Positions 33,222 to 43,004 of a stretch of DNA of 64,000 nt are shown here, in pieces. Source of the DNA: Candidatus Eiseniibacteriota bacterium (GTDB taxonomy: Bacteria; Eisenbacteria; RBG-16-71-46; SZUA-252); the NCBI GenBank assembly GCA_963703225.1, contig OY969801.1, forward strand, positions 1,056,001-1,120,000, in the 5' to 3' direction. Positions within the stretch are counted from its first letter, which is position 1. Each line of letters starts with the position of its first letter. The notes under the pieces are model-generated. The model saw nothing but the letters and a program-made list of their open reading frames with translations, did not search any database and had not been told where the DNA came from. A program made the position numbers and the translations under genes.

Positions 33222-33351
33222 TCAATCGGCTCACATGAGCCCGATCTCGCGCGGGTTCACACGAAATGCACCGAGGGATGGTCTCATGTTGCTTGTGGCA
33301 CCTGTCCATTCGGTAGGTGGCCTGTGCTAAGTTACACTGGTTAGGAAACTT

Positions 33352-33389
33352 GGGCCGTTAGCTCAGTCGGCAGAGCACCTGCCTTTTAA
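33352..33389 (+). repeat. 5'-half tRNA-Lys junction
   Basis: 38/38 identical to 52906-52943; TGCTAAGTT upstream at 33325. Confidence 0.97.
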
Positions 33390-33465
33390 CAACATAACCC
33401 ACAATCAAGCCCGCTCGGCCAACGCAGGTCTGGAACGCCAGCGACCGAAACCTGGGCTCAGCGGG

Positions 33466-35007
33466 TCACCGTGCTCCGAATCCCCTCGAAACAGATGCGC
33501 GGACCTCGATCCCGCTCCACCCAGGGCGCGAGCCATGTGACACGGCAACGCCGTCGGGTGGTTCCGAGGGTTCCACGTAGTTAGGTGGGGTCTCGGTCGG
33601 GAACGCCTTCGCGAACACGAACTGCTGCGCCGCGAGCTCGACCCGGGAGGCTCCGACGGCAAGCCCGAATCCGAGCGAGAGCGCGGCGAGTTGAAGCCGC
33701 CTCGTGCCCAGCTGGTCGCGTTGCCGGTCGGCGCTGCCGAACACCAGGAATACGGGGCGCCACGAGTCGAGCGTCCCCTCGGGCTCGATGTCGTACCCTG
33801 CGAGCCCCAGGCCGACGCGCGCCGTTCTCCGGAGTGGGAATTCGTACCCCAAATGCATTCGATGCCAGTGCGCCTCGCCCCGGGCGCGGTAGATCCGGCG
33901 CAGTCCGAGCAGGTCGACGGTCGTCGAGGTGAACGGCCAGGTCTCGAGCGCGAGGCGCGCGCGCGCGTCCGCCCGGACGATCTCGGCGTCAAGGAGCCAA
34001 CGCGAGCCACGGCGCGACCAATGTTCCGCGCCGACCAGATAGGATTCCTGCTCAGCCCTCGCCGAGCTGAGCTCGGCGAATCGCTGCCCTCCCCACGACG
34101 CGTCGCCGTGCATTTGCAGGTCGCGGTGCGTCCAGCGGCCTAGGAGACACCAGCCGATCGGCGACTGCCAAGCGATTGACGCTTGAGCGAGGGCGGAACG
34201 ACCACGGGGCGCCAGGTGATACACGGGTGCGACCTCGCGGCCCTCAAGGTCTTGGAAGTCGCTTCTCGCCACCGAGCCCTCGACGCGCAGCCGCGCGGGA
34301 AGTGTGATCACTGCATCGAGGCCGGCGCGCTCCGAGCGCAGATTGAGCGAGGCTTCAATCAGCTCTCCGTAGAGATCGCTGCGCACCGCTTCGGGCGCGC
34401 GACTCGCTTCCCAGCTCGCCTGAACAACGGCAAGCCGGCGAAATCGATAACGAGCTCCGGCACCAGCCGCGGGGCCCCGCACACTCCTCAGATCGCCGAA
34501 CACAGGGCTAACACCCTGGACCGTGAGCCCCGGGATGAGTTCGCGGATGCGTATGCCGACGATCCCGCCCACGCCCGAGCCCCCGAGGCGCACCTCACCA
34601 TCCTCGCCCGCCCAGCGCACCCCCCAGTTCGGAGCTATGATCTCCCCGCCGATGCGCACGTGGTCACGGGCAAACGGAGGCTCGGCGACGCAACGCCCCG
34701 CGAAGGTCCTCCGCACGTTCGCTACATTGGTTCGGAGTGGCTCGCTCCACGCTCCCTCGACCACGACCTCCGAGCGCCGTGACAGGCCGAGTTGGGGCCA
34801 CCAGCCGTCCTGGTCCTCCACGGCGGAACGGAATGGATCACCCCCGAGCGCGAGCGCCGGCCGACTGCCCGGCTGGAGCACTCCGGTCAATCCGGTCAGG
34901 TCACTGAACGCCTGCGACCGCGCCGCGTTGGGGACGTGCGCGGCCACAAGGAGCGCGAAGGCGAGTGCGTACCTGCGGGACCGGGCGCCAGGCACCCGTG
35001 TGCCCAT
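33466..35007 (-). CDS. Hypothetical outer-membrane beta-barrel-like protein
   Basis: Signal peptide and alternating beta-strand pattern. Confidence 0.6.
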   Translation of the reverse strand: MGTRVPGARSRRYALAFALLVAAHVPNAARSQAFSDLTGLTGVLQPGSRPALALGGDPFRSAVEDQDGWWPQLGLSRRSEVVVEGAWSEPLRTNVANVRRTFAGRCVAEPPFARDHVRIGGEIIAPNWGVRWAGEDGEVRLGGSGVGGIVGIRIRELIPGLTVQGVSPVFGDLRSVRGPAAGAGARYRFRRLAVVQASWEASRAPEAVRSDLYGELIEASLNLRSERAGLDAVITLPARLRVEGSVARSDFQDLEGREVAPVYHLAPRGRSALAQASIAWQSPIGWCLLGRWTHRDLQMHGDASWGGQRFAELSSARAEQESYLVGAEHWSRRGSRWLLDAEIVRADARARLALETWPFTSTTVDLLGLRRIYRARGEAHWHRMHLGYEFPLRRTARVGLGLAGYDIEPEGTLDSWRPVFLVFGSADRQRDQLGTRRLQLAALSLGFGLAVGASRVELAAQQFVFAKAFPTETPPNYVEPSEPPDGVAVSHGSRPGWSGIEVRASVSRGFGAR

Positions 35008-35016
35008 GATCGCCCC

Positions 35017-36801
35017 CTAGCGGGCCCGGCGCGATGCAGTCGGCGCCGTGATGGCCTGGTGGCGCGATCGCAGCGCCGATGGGGTGAGCGGCGAGCCCGC
35101 GAGACCGTTGCCCAAACCCGTCCAGTCCAGCACGACCTCGCGCGTCCAATCGTCGGCCGTGATGCCGAATGTCGCGAGGAGCTCCGCGCTGCTCCCCACT
35201 CCCGGGAGCAGGCCGTGGAGGGTCGGCTCCGGCCACTCCCACTGCTCGAAGGTCTCCGCCTCCCACGTGATAACGGGAACAGACACCGAGCGGGTGGCGA
35301 GGCTATAGCTCTCATACCACGAAAACACCGCATCCTGGGTTCCGGCATTCAGCTGGCCGGAGAACGAGGCATAGCCGTAGAAGGACCCGTCCCAACCGGG
35401 AAGTGACTGAGCCAGGGCCATTCGCTCCTCGACAATGGCCTGGGCGGCGGCGTGCAGGGGCTCGTCGCCCCAGTAGGAGCTCCACTGGACTCGTCCATCG
35501 TAGAAGTCGACGCTGTAGTAGCCGCTGTAATAGGCACTGCCGGGGGCGGTAACGCTCTTCGACGTCGTGCCACTGTCGTATCGGTAGCTTCGATCGAAGG
35601 CGCGCCGGCTCGCCGTGGCGGTGTAGGGTGGGAACAGCGCCTTCCAGTCATCAACGGGATCCGTGAACAGCGCCCCGACTCGGATTGTCAGCGCGACCGG
35701 CGGCGTGGATGGGTCGGAGTCCCAGTCCTCGACGCGCGTATAACCTCCATCGAGCGCAGAGCGTGCGTCGGGGAGGTGGATTCGGATCGAGTCGAGGTCA
35801 CTGCGCCGGAAGTCGTATGGGTCGGTCTTGATGACGTCGTCATCCTGGTTGTCTTGCTCAGCGAGCAGGGAGGTGATCGCAGCATCCACATCATCGATCG
35901 ACGCGAGCAGCGCCGTGCGCGCATCGCCCATGTGGTCGGCGCCGTCATCGCGCAAGCTGAGCCAGCCGCTCCCGCGGCGAAACGCCTCGACCATGCTCGC
36001 GCTATCGTACGCGGCGAAGTTCAGCTCGTAGGAGACCGCAACGTGAGAGGCCGCCGCGAGCAGCCCGCACGCGGCGCGAAGCGCAAGGATGTCGGTACGG
36101 TCGATCTCTGCCGGCGATGCATCCTCGTCGCCTTGCATCCGGGGGGTGACGATGAATCGGTAGTTGGGGTTCTCCGCCACCCTGCCGAGGTGTTCCTTCG
36201 CGGCGGTGAGCCGCGGGAGTACCCGATCACGAAGGATGGCCTGAGCCCGCGACAGCTGTGGGTCGGCGAGCACCACCGTCGTGTGTGCCTGCGCCAGAAC
36301 CGACGTTGCGACCAGGTCGAAGGGGAGCGCGAGCGCCGTCCTCCCCGTGCCAAAGGCGAGAGGAACCCCGAGCGGGCGCAGGCGACCTGCTTGCGGCACC
36401 TCGAACGGGACCTGCTGATCAAGGTATGCCTTCCACTCGTCGAAGGCCGCGTTGACCTCGGCGTCGCTGCTCAGGGCGAGAAGCTCGAGAACCCCCACCC
36501 CGAAGTGCGCATCCTCGTTGCTGGGGTCGAGTGCCAACGCTGCTTTGTAGAGCGCGAGGGGGACGCGCACGTCGACGTCGGCCGGGCGCTGCGGGTCGCT
36601 GTTCAGGCTCGTGTAGAGGATTGTCTCGAGCGACGCGTTTGCTTGCTGGACCTTCAGGGCAGCGCATTCCGTGTTCGATAGCCCGCCACAATCCGCGGAA
36701 ACCTCCGGCTTGACGGTGTCTTCACTGCTGCATCCTGTGCAGAGCGCGAGGGCGAAAGTCAGGTGTACCAGGGCGGCAAAACGGGGCCGGGTGGCAAACA
36801 T
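35017..36801 (-). CDS. Hypothetical lipoprotein
   Basis: LCTGC lipobox; GGAGG RBS; 594 aa. Confidence 0.75.
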   Translation of the reverse strand: MFATRPRFAALVHLTFALALCTGCSSEDTVKPEVSADCGGLSNTECAALKVQQANASLETILYTSLNSDPQRPADVDVRVPLALYKAALALDPSNEDAHFGVGVLELLALSSDAEVNAAFDEWKAYLDQQVPFEVPQAGRLRPLGVPLAFGTGRTALALPFDLVATSVLAQAHTTVVLADPQLSRAQAILRDRVLPRLTAAKEHLGRVAENPNYRFIVTPRMQGDEDASPAEIDRTDILALRAACGLLAAASHVAVSYELNFAAYDSASMVEAFRRGSGWLSLRDDGADHMGDARTALLASIDDVDAAITSLLAEQDNQDDDVIKTDPYDFRRSDLDSIRIHLPDARSALDGGYTRVEDWDSDPSTPPVALTIRVGALFTDPVDDWKALFPPYTATASRRAFDRSYRYDSGTTSKSVTAPGSAYYSGYYSVDFYDGRVQWSSYWGDEPLHAAAQAIVEERMALAQSLPGWDGSFYGYASFSGQLNAGTQDAVFSWYESYSLATRSVSVPVITWEAETFEQWEWPEPTLHGLLPGVGSSAELLATFGITADDWTREVVLDWTGLGNGLAGSPLTPSALRSRHQAITAPTASRRAR

Positions 36802-37107
36802 GGGAACCCTCCAGGTCAGCGGGCTCGCACCATAGGCAGAAACCTAAAGCATAGGCGGGCGGGGAAGCGGGGATCAATGGGCAAGAATCGCCCCGAGGGT
36901 ATACACGAAGGCCGGCCAGTCTCTCTGGTCGGTCGTCGCCATCACGAGGGATGGCCGTGCCTGAGAGCTGAGCGGCACCAGACATCCTCTCCTCGGTACG
37001 TGACGCCGGGTTCCTTCGATCGCCGAGCGTGCATCCAGATCCCGCTGGGCAGAGCACTTGCGCATTGGGCAGGTGTCTTCTGCTAAGTTACTCTATTGCC
37101 TCACGAT

Positions 37108-37145
37108 GGGCCGTTAGCTCAGTCGGCAGAGCACCTGACTTTTAA
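37108..37145 (+). repeat. 5'-half tRNA-Lys junction (CCTGA variant); arm extends to ~37305
   Basis: 37/38 identical; TGCTAAGTT at 37081. Confidence 0.97.
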
Positions 37146-37467
37146 CTCGTTTTGCTGTTTTTCGCTTCGTGCTTGCAAGCACGTCACCAGCATGGAAATA
37201 CGAAGCGCCCCATGAGGTTGGATCTTGTCGGGCGTAGTCTTTTCGGGGAAGTTCGCGGACCGCTGTGGAGCCTGTTGGAAGGCTGACCTGGCACAAACTG
37301 GCACAGGGAATACGCTGACGTTTATCTCCTTGGGTCAACCTGCATCCCGACGGTGCCAGACCTCCGACGCACTGGAGCCTGGGGCTCGGAGGCCCACTGC
37401 CGGTCTACTTCCGGAAACCTTCGTCAGCGAACCGGAACCCGCCGGTCAAGACCCAGGATGTGGATAG

Positions 37468-38850
37468 CTACTCTAGAGGCAACACGGCATAGAAGATTTC
37501 GGGCGGTTGATTCGCGCTCTCAATGGACTTGCCAACCTTGCTCCGCCCGGACCACACGACGTACACCCGATCCTTTACCGCGCGCGCACATACGAATTCA
37601 GCGTAGGAGAGGTCCTTCGTCAGCCTCATGGGCTGAAGGGTGCGCGCGATGGCCCTATCTCGAATCGCTTCCGAGAAGGACGCGGCCAGCACGTCATTGT
37701 TCTCCCAGCCCGGATTACTCACCCAGGGGATCCAGGCGAGCGGATGCAGGAGCGGGTGATCCAAACGCTGGTACCGTGAGTCGATCCAGACCAGCAGGCC
37801 CTTGTCCCCGCGAGTCGCCGCGTTGATGGAAGACACCCGTTGATAGTTGGAGAGAGGATCGGTCTTGGGTTGCGCCACCCAATAGCTCGATGACCACGCG
37901 CCTCCTTGCCACCGCGCGCAACACATACCCTGTCCCTCGCGGAAAACGGATCTCTCATTCCCTGCAATCGCGGCCTCAAACTCAAATATACCGCCGGGGT
38001 ATCCAATCGAATCCGGGTTGGTCCATGATTTTGCCTTGTCTCTGCTGCTCGCATGCCACAGCCACCCCGTCACCCGGGCGTTAACTTTCGTGAGTCGCTC
38101 CAGTTCGTTGGCCGTATAGAACAGGTGCATTCCATCTTCGCCAAAATGGAGTTCTGGTGGAGCCCAGGGTGTCTTTTCTCCGATGGATTGGATCCAAGCG
38201 TTGCTGGTTTTCTCGCCTTCGGTCCATCGGGTTACCCAGACGCTTCGCGGTGGCATCGAGACGAGACGATCCCGGGACGAGTCCGACGCAGCGTAAGCGA
38301 CATACAAGGATGTCGAGTCCGACGCAACGTCGATGCTTTGGGCGATCCCGAGATGCTGGGGCAACAAAGGCACCCCCTCCTCCCACGTCGCACCCCCATC
38401 GCTCGAGAAGAAGTGCCTCAAACTGTCCGATACAATGACGTGGAGGCTCCTGCCGAGCGATACGATGCGAGGTTCCCCTATCTGCCTTCGGGATAGGACG
38501 CGAGGTTCCTCTGGATTCCCGGACAGGAAGAGATGAGGATTGCTCCAGAGCCCGTTCTTGAGGTCACCACGTCGGTACCAGATCTGTCGGTTCGCGAGGA
38601 TCCCTACTTCGTCCCCGAATCGTACACGCCAGATCAGATGCAGCGCACTGTCCCCTGCTACAAAGAAATCCACGCTTTCGATATGGTCATGAAGACCGAG
38701 GCCTAGGCTCGGGAGCTGCGTTGTCCCGGGCCTTGCAGGTGGTCCTGGTCGGCCGGAGTAGGTGACCCCGCGTATGTCGTGGCAAGAGCTGAGCGCCGAA
38801 CCAAGCAACAGAAGGCATCCGATGCCAAGCAGACGTAAGTTCACGCTCAC
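37468..38850 (-). CDS. Lipoprotein with BNR/sialidase-like repeats
   Basis: LSSC lipobox; SSDGGATW, SRDKAKSW. Confidence 0.75.
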   Translation of the reverse strand: MSVNLRLLGIGCLLLLGSALSSCHDIRGVTYSGRPGPPARPGTTQLPSLGLGLHDHIESVDFFVAGDSALHLIWRVRFGDEVGILANRQIWYRRGDLKNGLWSNPHLFLSGNPEEPRVLSRRQIGEPRIVSLGRSLHVIVSDSLRHFFSSDGGATWEEGVPLLPQHLGIAQSIDVASDSTSLYVAYAASDSSRDRLVSMPPRSVWVTRWTEGEKTSNAWIQSIGEKTPWAPPELHFGEDGMHLFYTANELERLTKVNARVTGWLWHASSRDKAKSWTNPDSIGYPGGIFEFEAAIAGNERSVFREGQGMCCARWQGGAWSSSYWVAQPKTDPLSNYQRVSSINAATRGDKGLLVWIDSRYQRLDHPLLHPLAWIPWVSNPGWENNDVLAASFSEAIRDRAIARTLQPMRLTKDLSYAEFVCARAVKDRVYVVWSGRSKVGKSIESANQPPEIFYAVLPLE

Positions 38851-39071
38851 CCTCGAGTGAAGGCGACAGACGCTACCGTGATCCCATCCATCTCAAATAC
38901 TCGCGATCCCAGGCCGCGGGAACGCTCTCCACGAAGAGAAATAGGACCGCGCGTTGTTTCACATGGGTATGATCGGCAACTCGCCCGCTAATCTGCAGCC
39001 GGGCACCGGGACTTGGCCACCACGAAGGCTTGGTGCGGTTCGCCCAAAATCGTGCTAAGTTTCATCTAGAC

Positions 39072-39109
39072 GGGCCGTTAGCTCAGTCGGCAGAGCACCT
39101 GCCTTTTAA
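39072..39109 (+). repeat. 5'-half tRNA-Lys junction; arm extends to ~39269
   Basis: 38/38 identical; TGCTAAGTT at 39053. Confidence 0.97.
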
Positions 39110-39309
39110 CTCGTTTACGGACTCTTACGCCACTCGTCCACAAGACACGTCGCGACAATGCAATGCACTTCGGCCCAGAGGGTTAGCCCTCGCGGGCCGA
39201 TGTGCTTTTCGGGGAAGTTCGTGGACGTTCGTGGCCGGGTTAGGAAGATTGAACCGGATCACCGGATCAGTTGATCCCTAAAAACATATTCGGGTATGCT
39301 CATGTGAGG

Positions 39310-39660
39310 ATGAGTATCTCGGTCACGACACGAGCACTGTCGCAGCTATTCGCGGCGCTGGAGGACGAGACCCGGCTGGGGATCGTCGCCCTGTTGACGC
39401 ACGGAGATCTGTGCGTCTGTCATCTCCAGGCGCTGCTCTCCCTCTCCCAATCGAACGTATCCCGGCACCTTAGAATCCTACGCCTCGCCGGTGTGGTCTC
39501 CGATCGGCGCTCGGGTCGTTGGGTGCATTACCGTCTCGTTCGCCAGGTTGACCCGGATTGCGCTGCTGTGCTTCGGCCGCTGACTCGGAGGTTTCTCTCC
39601 GACCGGGCGCTTCGATCGCGCATCGATGCTGTGAGGAAGGCAGGTCCTTGCGAGCCGTAA
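39310..39660 (+). CDS. arsR: Arsenic-responsive repressor
   Basis: DLCVCHL..SQSNVSRHL..GRWVHY. Confidence 0.88.
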   Translation: MSISVTTRALSQLFAALEDETRLGIVALLTHGDLCVCHLQALLSLSQSNVSRHLRILRLAGVVSDRRSGRWVHYRLVRQVDPDCAAVLRPLTRRFLSDRALRSRIDAVRKAGPCEP

Positions 39661-39689
39661 AGGCCCTCCGGATCGAGAGCCCGACGGCA

Positions 39690-40364
39690 ATGCCGGCTCC
39701 TCGGAGTAATGCGGACCGGCTGATCGCCGAGGCCGTCGGTACGGCATTTCTCCTTACCGCCGTTGTTGGCTCCGGCATCATGGCCGAGCGTCTTGCCGCA
39801 GGGAACATCGCGCTAGCGCTTCTTGCGAACTCGATCGCTACAGGAGCGGCTCTTGTCGTAATCATCCTCATGGTCGGCCCAGTCTCGGGGGCCCACCTGA
39901 ATCCGGCCGTCACGCTCACGGAGACGCTTCGAGGAGGAATGGAGTGGCGGCTCGCGCTCTCGTACGGGTTCGTCCAGGTTATTGCGGCGCTGGCCGGGGT
40001 TGTTCTGGCCCACGTCATGTTCGGACTGCCAACCCTTGAGATCTCGGGCCACGCTCGCGCGGGAGCGGGACAGCTTGTGGGTGAGGCCGTGGCCACCTTC
40101 GGATTGGTGGCCGTGATTCGTGGCTGTGCCCGTTCTCGCCCTACGGCGATCCCATTCGCAGTGGGTCTCTACATCACTGCCGCATATTGGTTCACGTCAT
40201 CCACCTCGTTCGCCAACCCGGCCGTGACGATCGCGCGCGCTTTCACGGACACGTTCACGGGCATCCGGCCCGCCGATGTGCCGGGGTTCATCGCAGCGCA
40301 GGTCGTAGGCGCGCTCGGCGCCACGGTCCTGTTCCGCTGGTTCGACCGGAGTACCCAGGCATGA
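39690..40364 (+). CDS. MIP/aquaporin family channel (ars-associated)
   Basis: SGAHLNPA and TSFANPA motifs. Confidence 0.92.
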   Translation: MPAPRSNADRLIAEAVGTAFLLTAVVGSGIMAERLAAGNIALALLANSIATGAALVVIILMVGPVSGAHLNPAVTLTETLRGGMEWRLALSYGFVQVIAALAGVVLAHVMFGLPTLEISGHARAGAGQLVGEAVATFGLVAVIRGCARSRPTAIPFAVGLYITAAYWFTSSTSFANPAVTIARAFTDTFTGIRPADVPGFIAAQVVGALGATVLFRWFDRSTQA

Positions 40365-41158
40365 AATGCGCGCTGATCTCCGACATTCACGCCAATCTGC
40401 CGGCCCTGGAGGCGGTTCTCACGGACATCGATGGCAGGCCCGGTGTGGATGCGATCTACCACCTTGGTGACCTCGTGGGATATGGGCCATGGCCAAATGA
40501 GGTTGTAGCGCTGCTGACGTCCCGAGCCATTCCGGGAATTGCCGGCAATTACGATTCGACTACCGCGACGGACTACAAGCATTGCGGCTGCCGGTACGAG
40601 AACGCACACCAGGAGGAGCTGGCTCACCAAAGCTACGAATGGACGCGGGCGAAGGTCACCGCGGTGACCAAACGCCTGCTGGGAAGCCTTCCCTTTCGGA
40701 TCGATGTGTGGCCGCTTGGAGGGCACCTGACCGGGAAGCCGTGGCTCATCCTCGTGCACGGGAGCCCGACCCTGAACACCCTTTACTGGACGGAGGATCG
40801 CCCGGATTCGTTCTGCCTTCAGATGGCGGAGATTGCCCGAATGCGGCCGGGCGACACGATCGCGTTCGGTCACACGCACCGACCCTGGTTTCGTGAGGTG
40901 AGTGGCATGTACTTCCTGAACACTGGATCCGTCGGAAAGCCGAAGGACGGGGAGTGGCGTGCGTGCCACGTGCTCCTGGAGGTCGGGGAGGAGCGGCCGC
41001 GAGCTTCCTTCGTGCGCGTCGAGTACGACATCACAAGAACCATGCAGGCAATTCGCGAGAGCGAGTTGCCAAACGAGTTCGCCGAGGACTTGCGGACCGG
41101 CGGGAGTCACGAGCCTTCGGTGGAGTACACAACGATCGAGCCGGGGGGAGGGTCATGA
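40361..41158 (+). CDS. Metallophosphoesterase family protein
   Basis: SDIHAN, GDLVGY, GNYD, HGSP, GHTH. Confidence 0.92.
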   Translation: MKCALISDIHANLPALEAVLTDIDGRPGVDAIYHLGDLVGYGPWPNEVVALLTSRAIPGIAGNYDSTTATDYKHCGCRYENAHQEELAHQSYEWTRAKVTAVTKRLLGSLPFRIDVWPLGGHLTGKPWLILVHGSPTLNTLYWTEDRPDSFCLQMAEIARMRPGDTIAFGHTHRPWFREVSGMYFLNTGSVGKPKDGEWRACHVLLEVGEERPRASFVRVEYDITRTMQAIRESELPNEFAEDLRTGGSHEPSVEYTTIEPGGGS

Positions 41159-41628
41159 ATACCACTAGAGGTAGCGGCACCGCGGCCCAGCAATCTGACA
41201 AGAAGGCGCTCGACAGAATCTGCTTCCTCTGCACCCGAAACTCAGCCCGCAGCCTCATGGCCGAAGCCATCACCCGCAGCCTTGCGGGGGATCGTTTCGA
41301 GGTCCTCAGTGCCGGACTTAACCCTGGGGAACCCAACCCGCTCACCTTGCGTGTCCTCGAGGAGAAAGGGCTCGATACGTCTCAGCTTCGCTCGAAGGGC
41401 GTCGAGACGGTCATGGGTCGGGTAGGAATCAGATACGCGATCATGGTCTGCGAGGAGGCAGAGGCGTCGTGCCCGGCCATCTATCCCTTCGCGACGCAGA
41501 CTCTTCGGTGGCCCTTCCCCGATCCAGCGGGTGCGGTGGGCAGTGAAGAAGAGCGCCTCGGGAAGTTCCGTGAGGTTCGAGACAGCATCGAGCGACGGGT
41601 GCGGACTTGGCTGGCAGAGATTAGGTAG
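41155..41628 (+). CDS. arsC: Arsenate reductase (LMW-PTP type)
   Basis: CTRNSARS..WPFPDP. Confidence 0.88.
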   Translation: MNTTRGSGTAAQQSDKKALDRICFLCTRNSARSLMAEAITRSLAGDRFEVLSAGLNPGEPNPLTLRVLEEKGLDTSQLRSKGVETVMGRVGIRYAIMVCEEAEASCPAIYPFATQTLRWPFPDPAGAVGSEEERLGKFREVRDSIERRVRTWLAEIR

Positions 41629-41716
41629 GGAGTCCTCCGCGCTACTTGGTCCGCTCCGACAGTGGCCAGGGCCACGGACAGCATGAGGTCAGCTGTCATT
41701 CGGACCAGTGGTTTCG

Positions 41717-42457
41717 CTAGAAGTTCCGGCCGAGCTGTCGGGCCCGATCGAGGTACCCGCTCCTCGTGTCATCGTCGGCGCCGTGAACGGCGTAGAACAG
41801 CTCATGCTCCACTCTCTTTATCCCCGGATAGGTCAAGGTGTACTCATCGATGACCTTACACATGGCTTCGCGGAGCCCAGCGTCATAGGCACGCTTATCC
41901 CAGATCGTCGTCTGGATGATCAGCGCCTTCTCATGCGTCAGCCGGCCCCGGCGGCCGTTGATGTCGCCCCGCCAGGCGTCCGCAGTAAGGTCGTAGGCGA
42001 AGCCCGGCGTCCAGACGCGATCGAGCCACCCTTTCAACATGGCCGGAAAGCTCAAGAAATGGACGGGCGCGATGAACGCCAGGGCCTGGGCTCGCGCCAC
42101 CTTCTGCTGTTGCACGAGTACGTCTTTAGGCTGAAAACGTTCCCGCAGCAATCGGATGATGCCACGGGCGTCGCGGTCGCCGACTAGCCACTTCATCGCG
42201 AACCGTCGCAAGGGCCCGCCCGCCCCCTCGAGCAGCGACTCTCGCAAGCGCATCCGGTCGAGTAAGTCGTCTGGGATGCTCTCGGTGAGCCAGCTCGGCG
42301 TATCGCGCGGGCGGTGCACTGGGTCGAACCCGATCGCGTACAGGTCGACCACTTCGGTCGAGTGCCCGGCCTCACGCAGACCTGCCGTGAACTGATCCAG
42401 GACCGCGTGACAAAAGGACTTCGGATTCGAATGCGCGTAGATCGTGAGCACATGCAT
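41717..42457 (-). CDS. NAD(P)H-dependent oxidoreductase (flavodoxin-2/quinone reductase)
   Basis: YAHSNPKSF, DLYAIGFDP, PAMLKGWLDRV. Confidence 0.88.
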   Translation of the reverse strand: MHVLTIYAHSNPKSFCHAVLDQFTAGLREAGHSTEVVDLYAIGFDPVHRPRDTPSWLTESIPDDLLDRMRLRESLLEGAGGPLRRFAMKWLVGDRDARGIIRLLRERFQPKDVLVQQQKVARAQALAFIAPVHFLSFPAMLKGWLDRVWTPGFAYDLTADAWRGDINGRRGRLTHEKALIIQTTIWDKRAYDAGLREAMCKVIDEYTLTYPGIKRVEHELFYAVHGADDDTRSGYLDRARQLGRNF

Positions 42458-42685
42458 GGCAGACCTTTCGACCGAGCGAATGGACCGAAGCCGTTGAAGG
42501 ACGGGTTGAGCTGACCGCGGCAAGGGGCCACGATTATCGGAACCTGTTGCCGAGTTTAGGACACCGGCTTCGTGAGTTCACTGAACACGGCGGGCGGTCC
42601 CCCTCTTTGGCGACGCATCGAGCACCTGCCCATTAGACAGGTGTTCTAATCTCCAAAGTGCTAATCTACGCCCTGGACTTTACTT

Positions 42686-42723
42686 GGGCCGTTAGCTCAG
42701 TCGGCAGAGCACCTGCCTCTTAA
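42686..42723 (+). repeat. 5'-half tRNA-Lys junction (CTT anticodon variant); arm extends to ~42893
   Basis: 37/38 identical, loop CTCTTAA; TGCTAATCT at 42659. Confidence 0.97.
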
Positions 42724-43004
42724 ACGAAACAGAGTATTTCAGCGACCGAGCACGCAAGTACAATCCGCGGAGCACAATACGAGGCGCCCCAGAGGCTTGG
42801 ATCCCCTGGGGCGCGGTGCGTTTTGGGGAAGATGAGGGAAGAATTGGGACGGTCTGGGAAGCTGAGACCGGATCACCGGATCACCGGATCACCTGGGACC
42901 CTGGAATCGAGAACACCGGAGACATTCCTCGAAAACGTCCGGCAGAGGGGACCGTCCCTTCCGTCTTGAGGGTCGGACCGCGAAGTCGCATTGTACGTTC
43001 TGCC

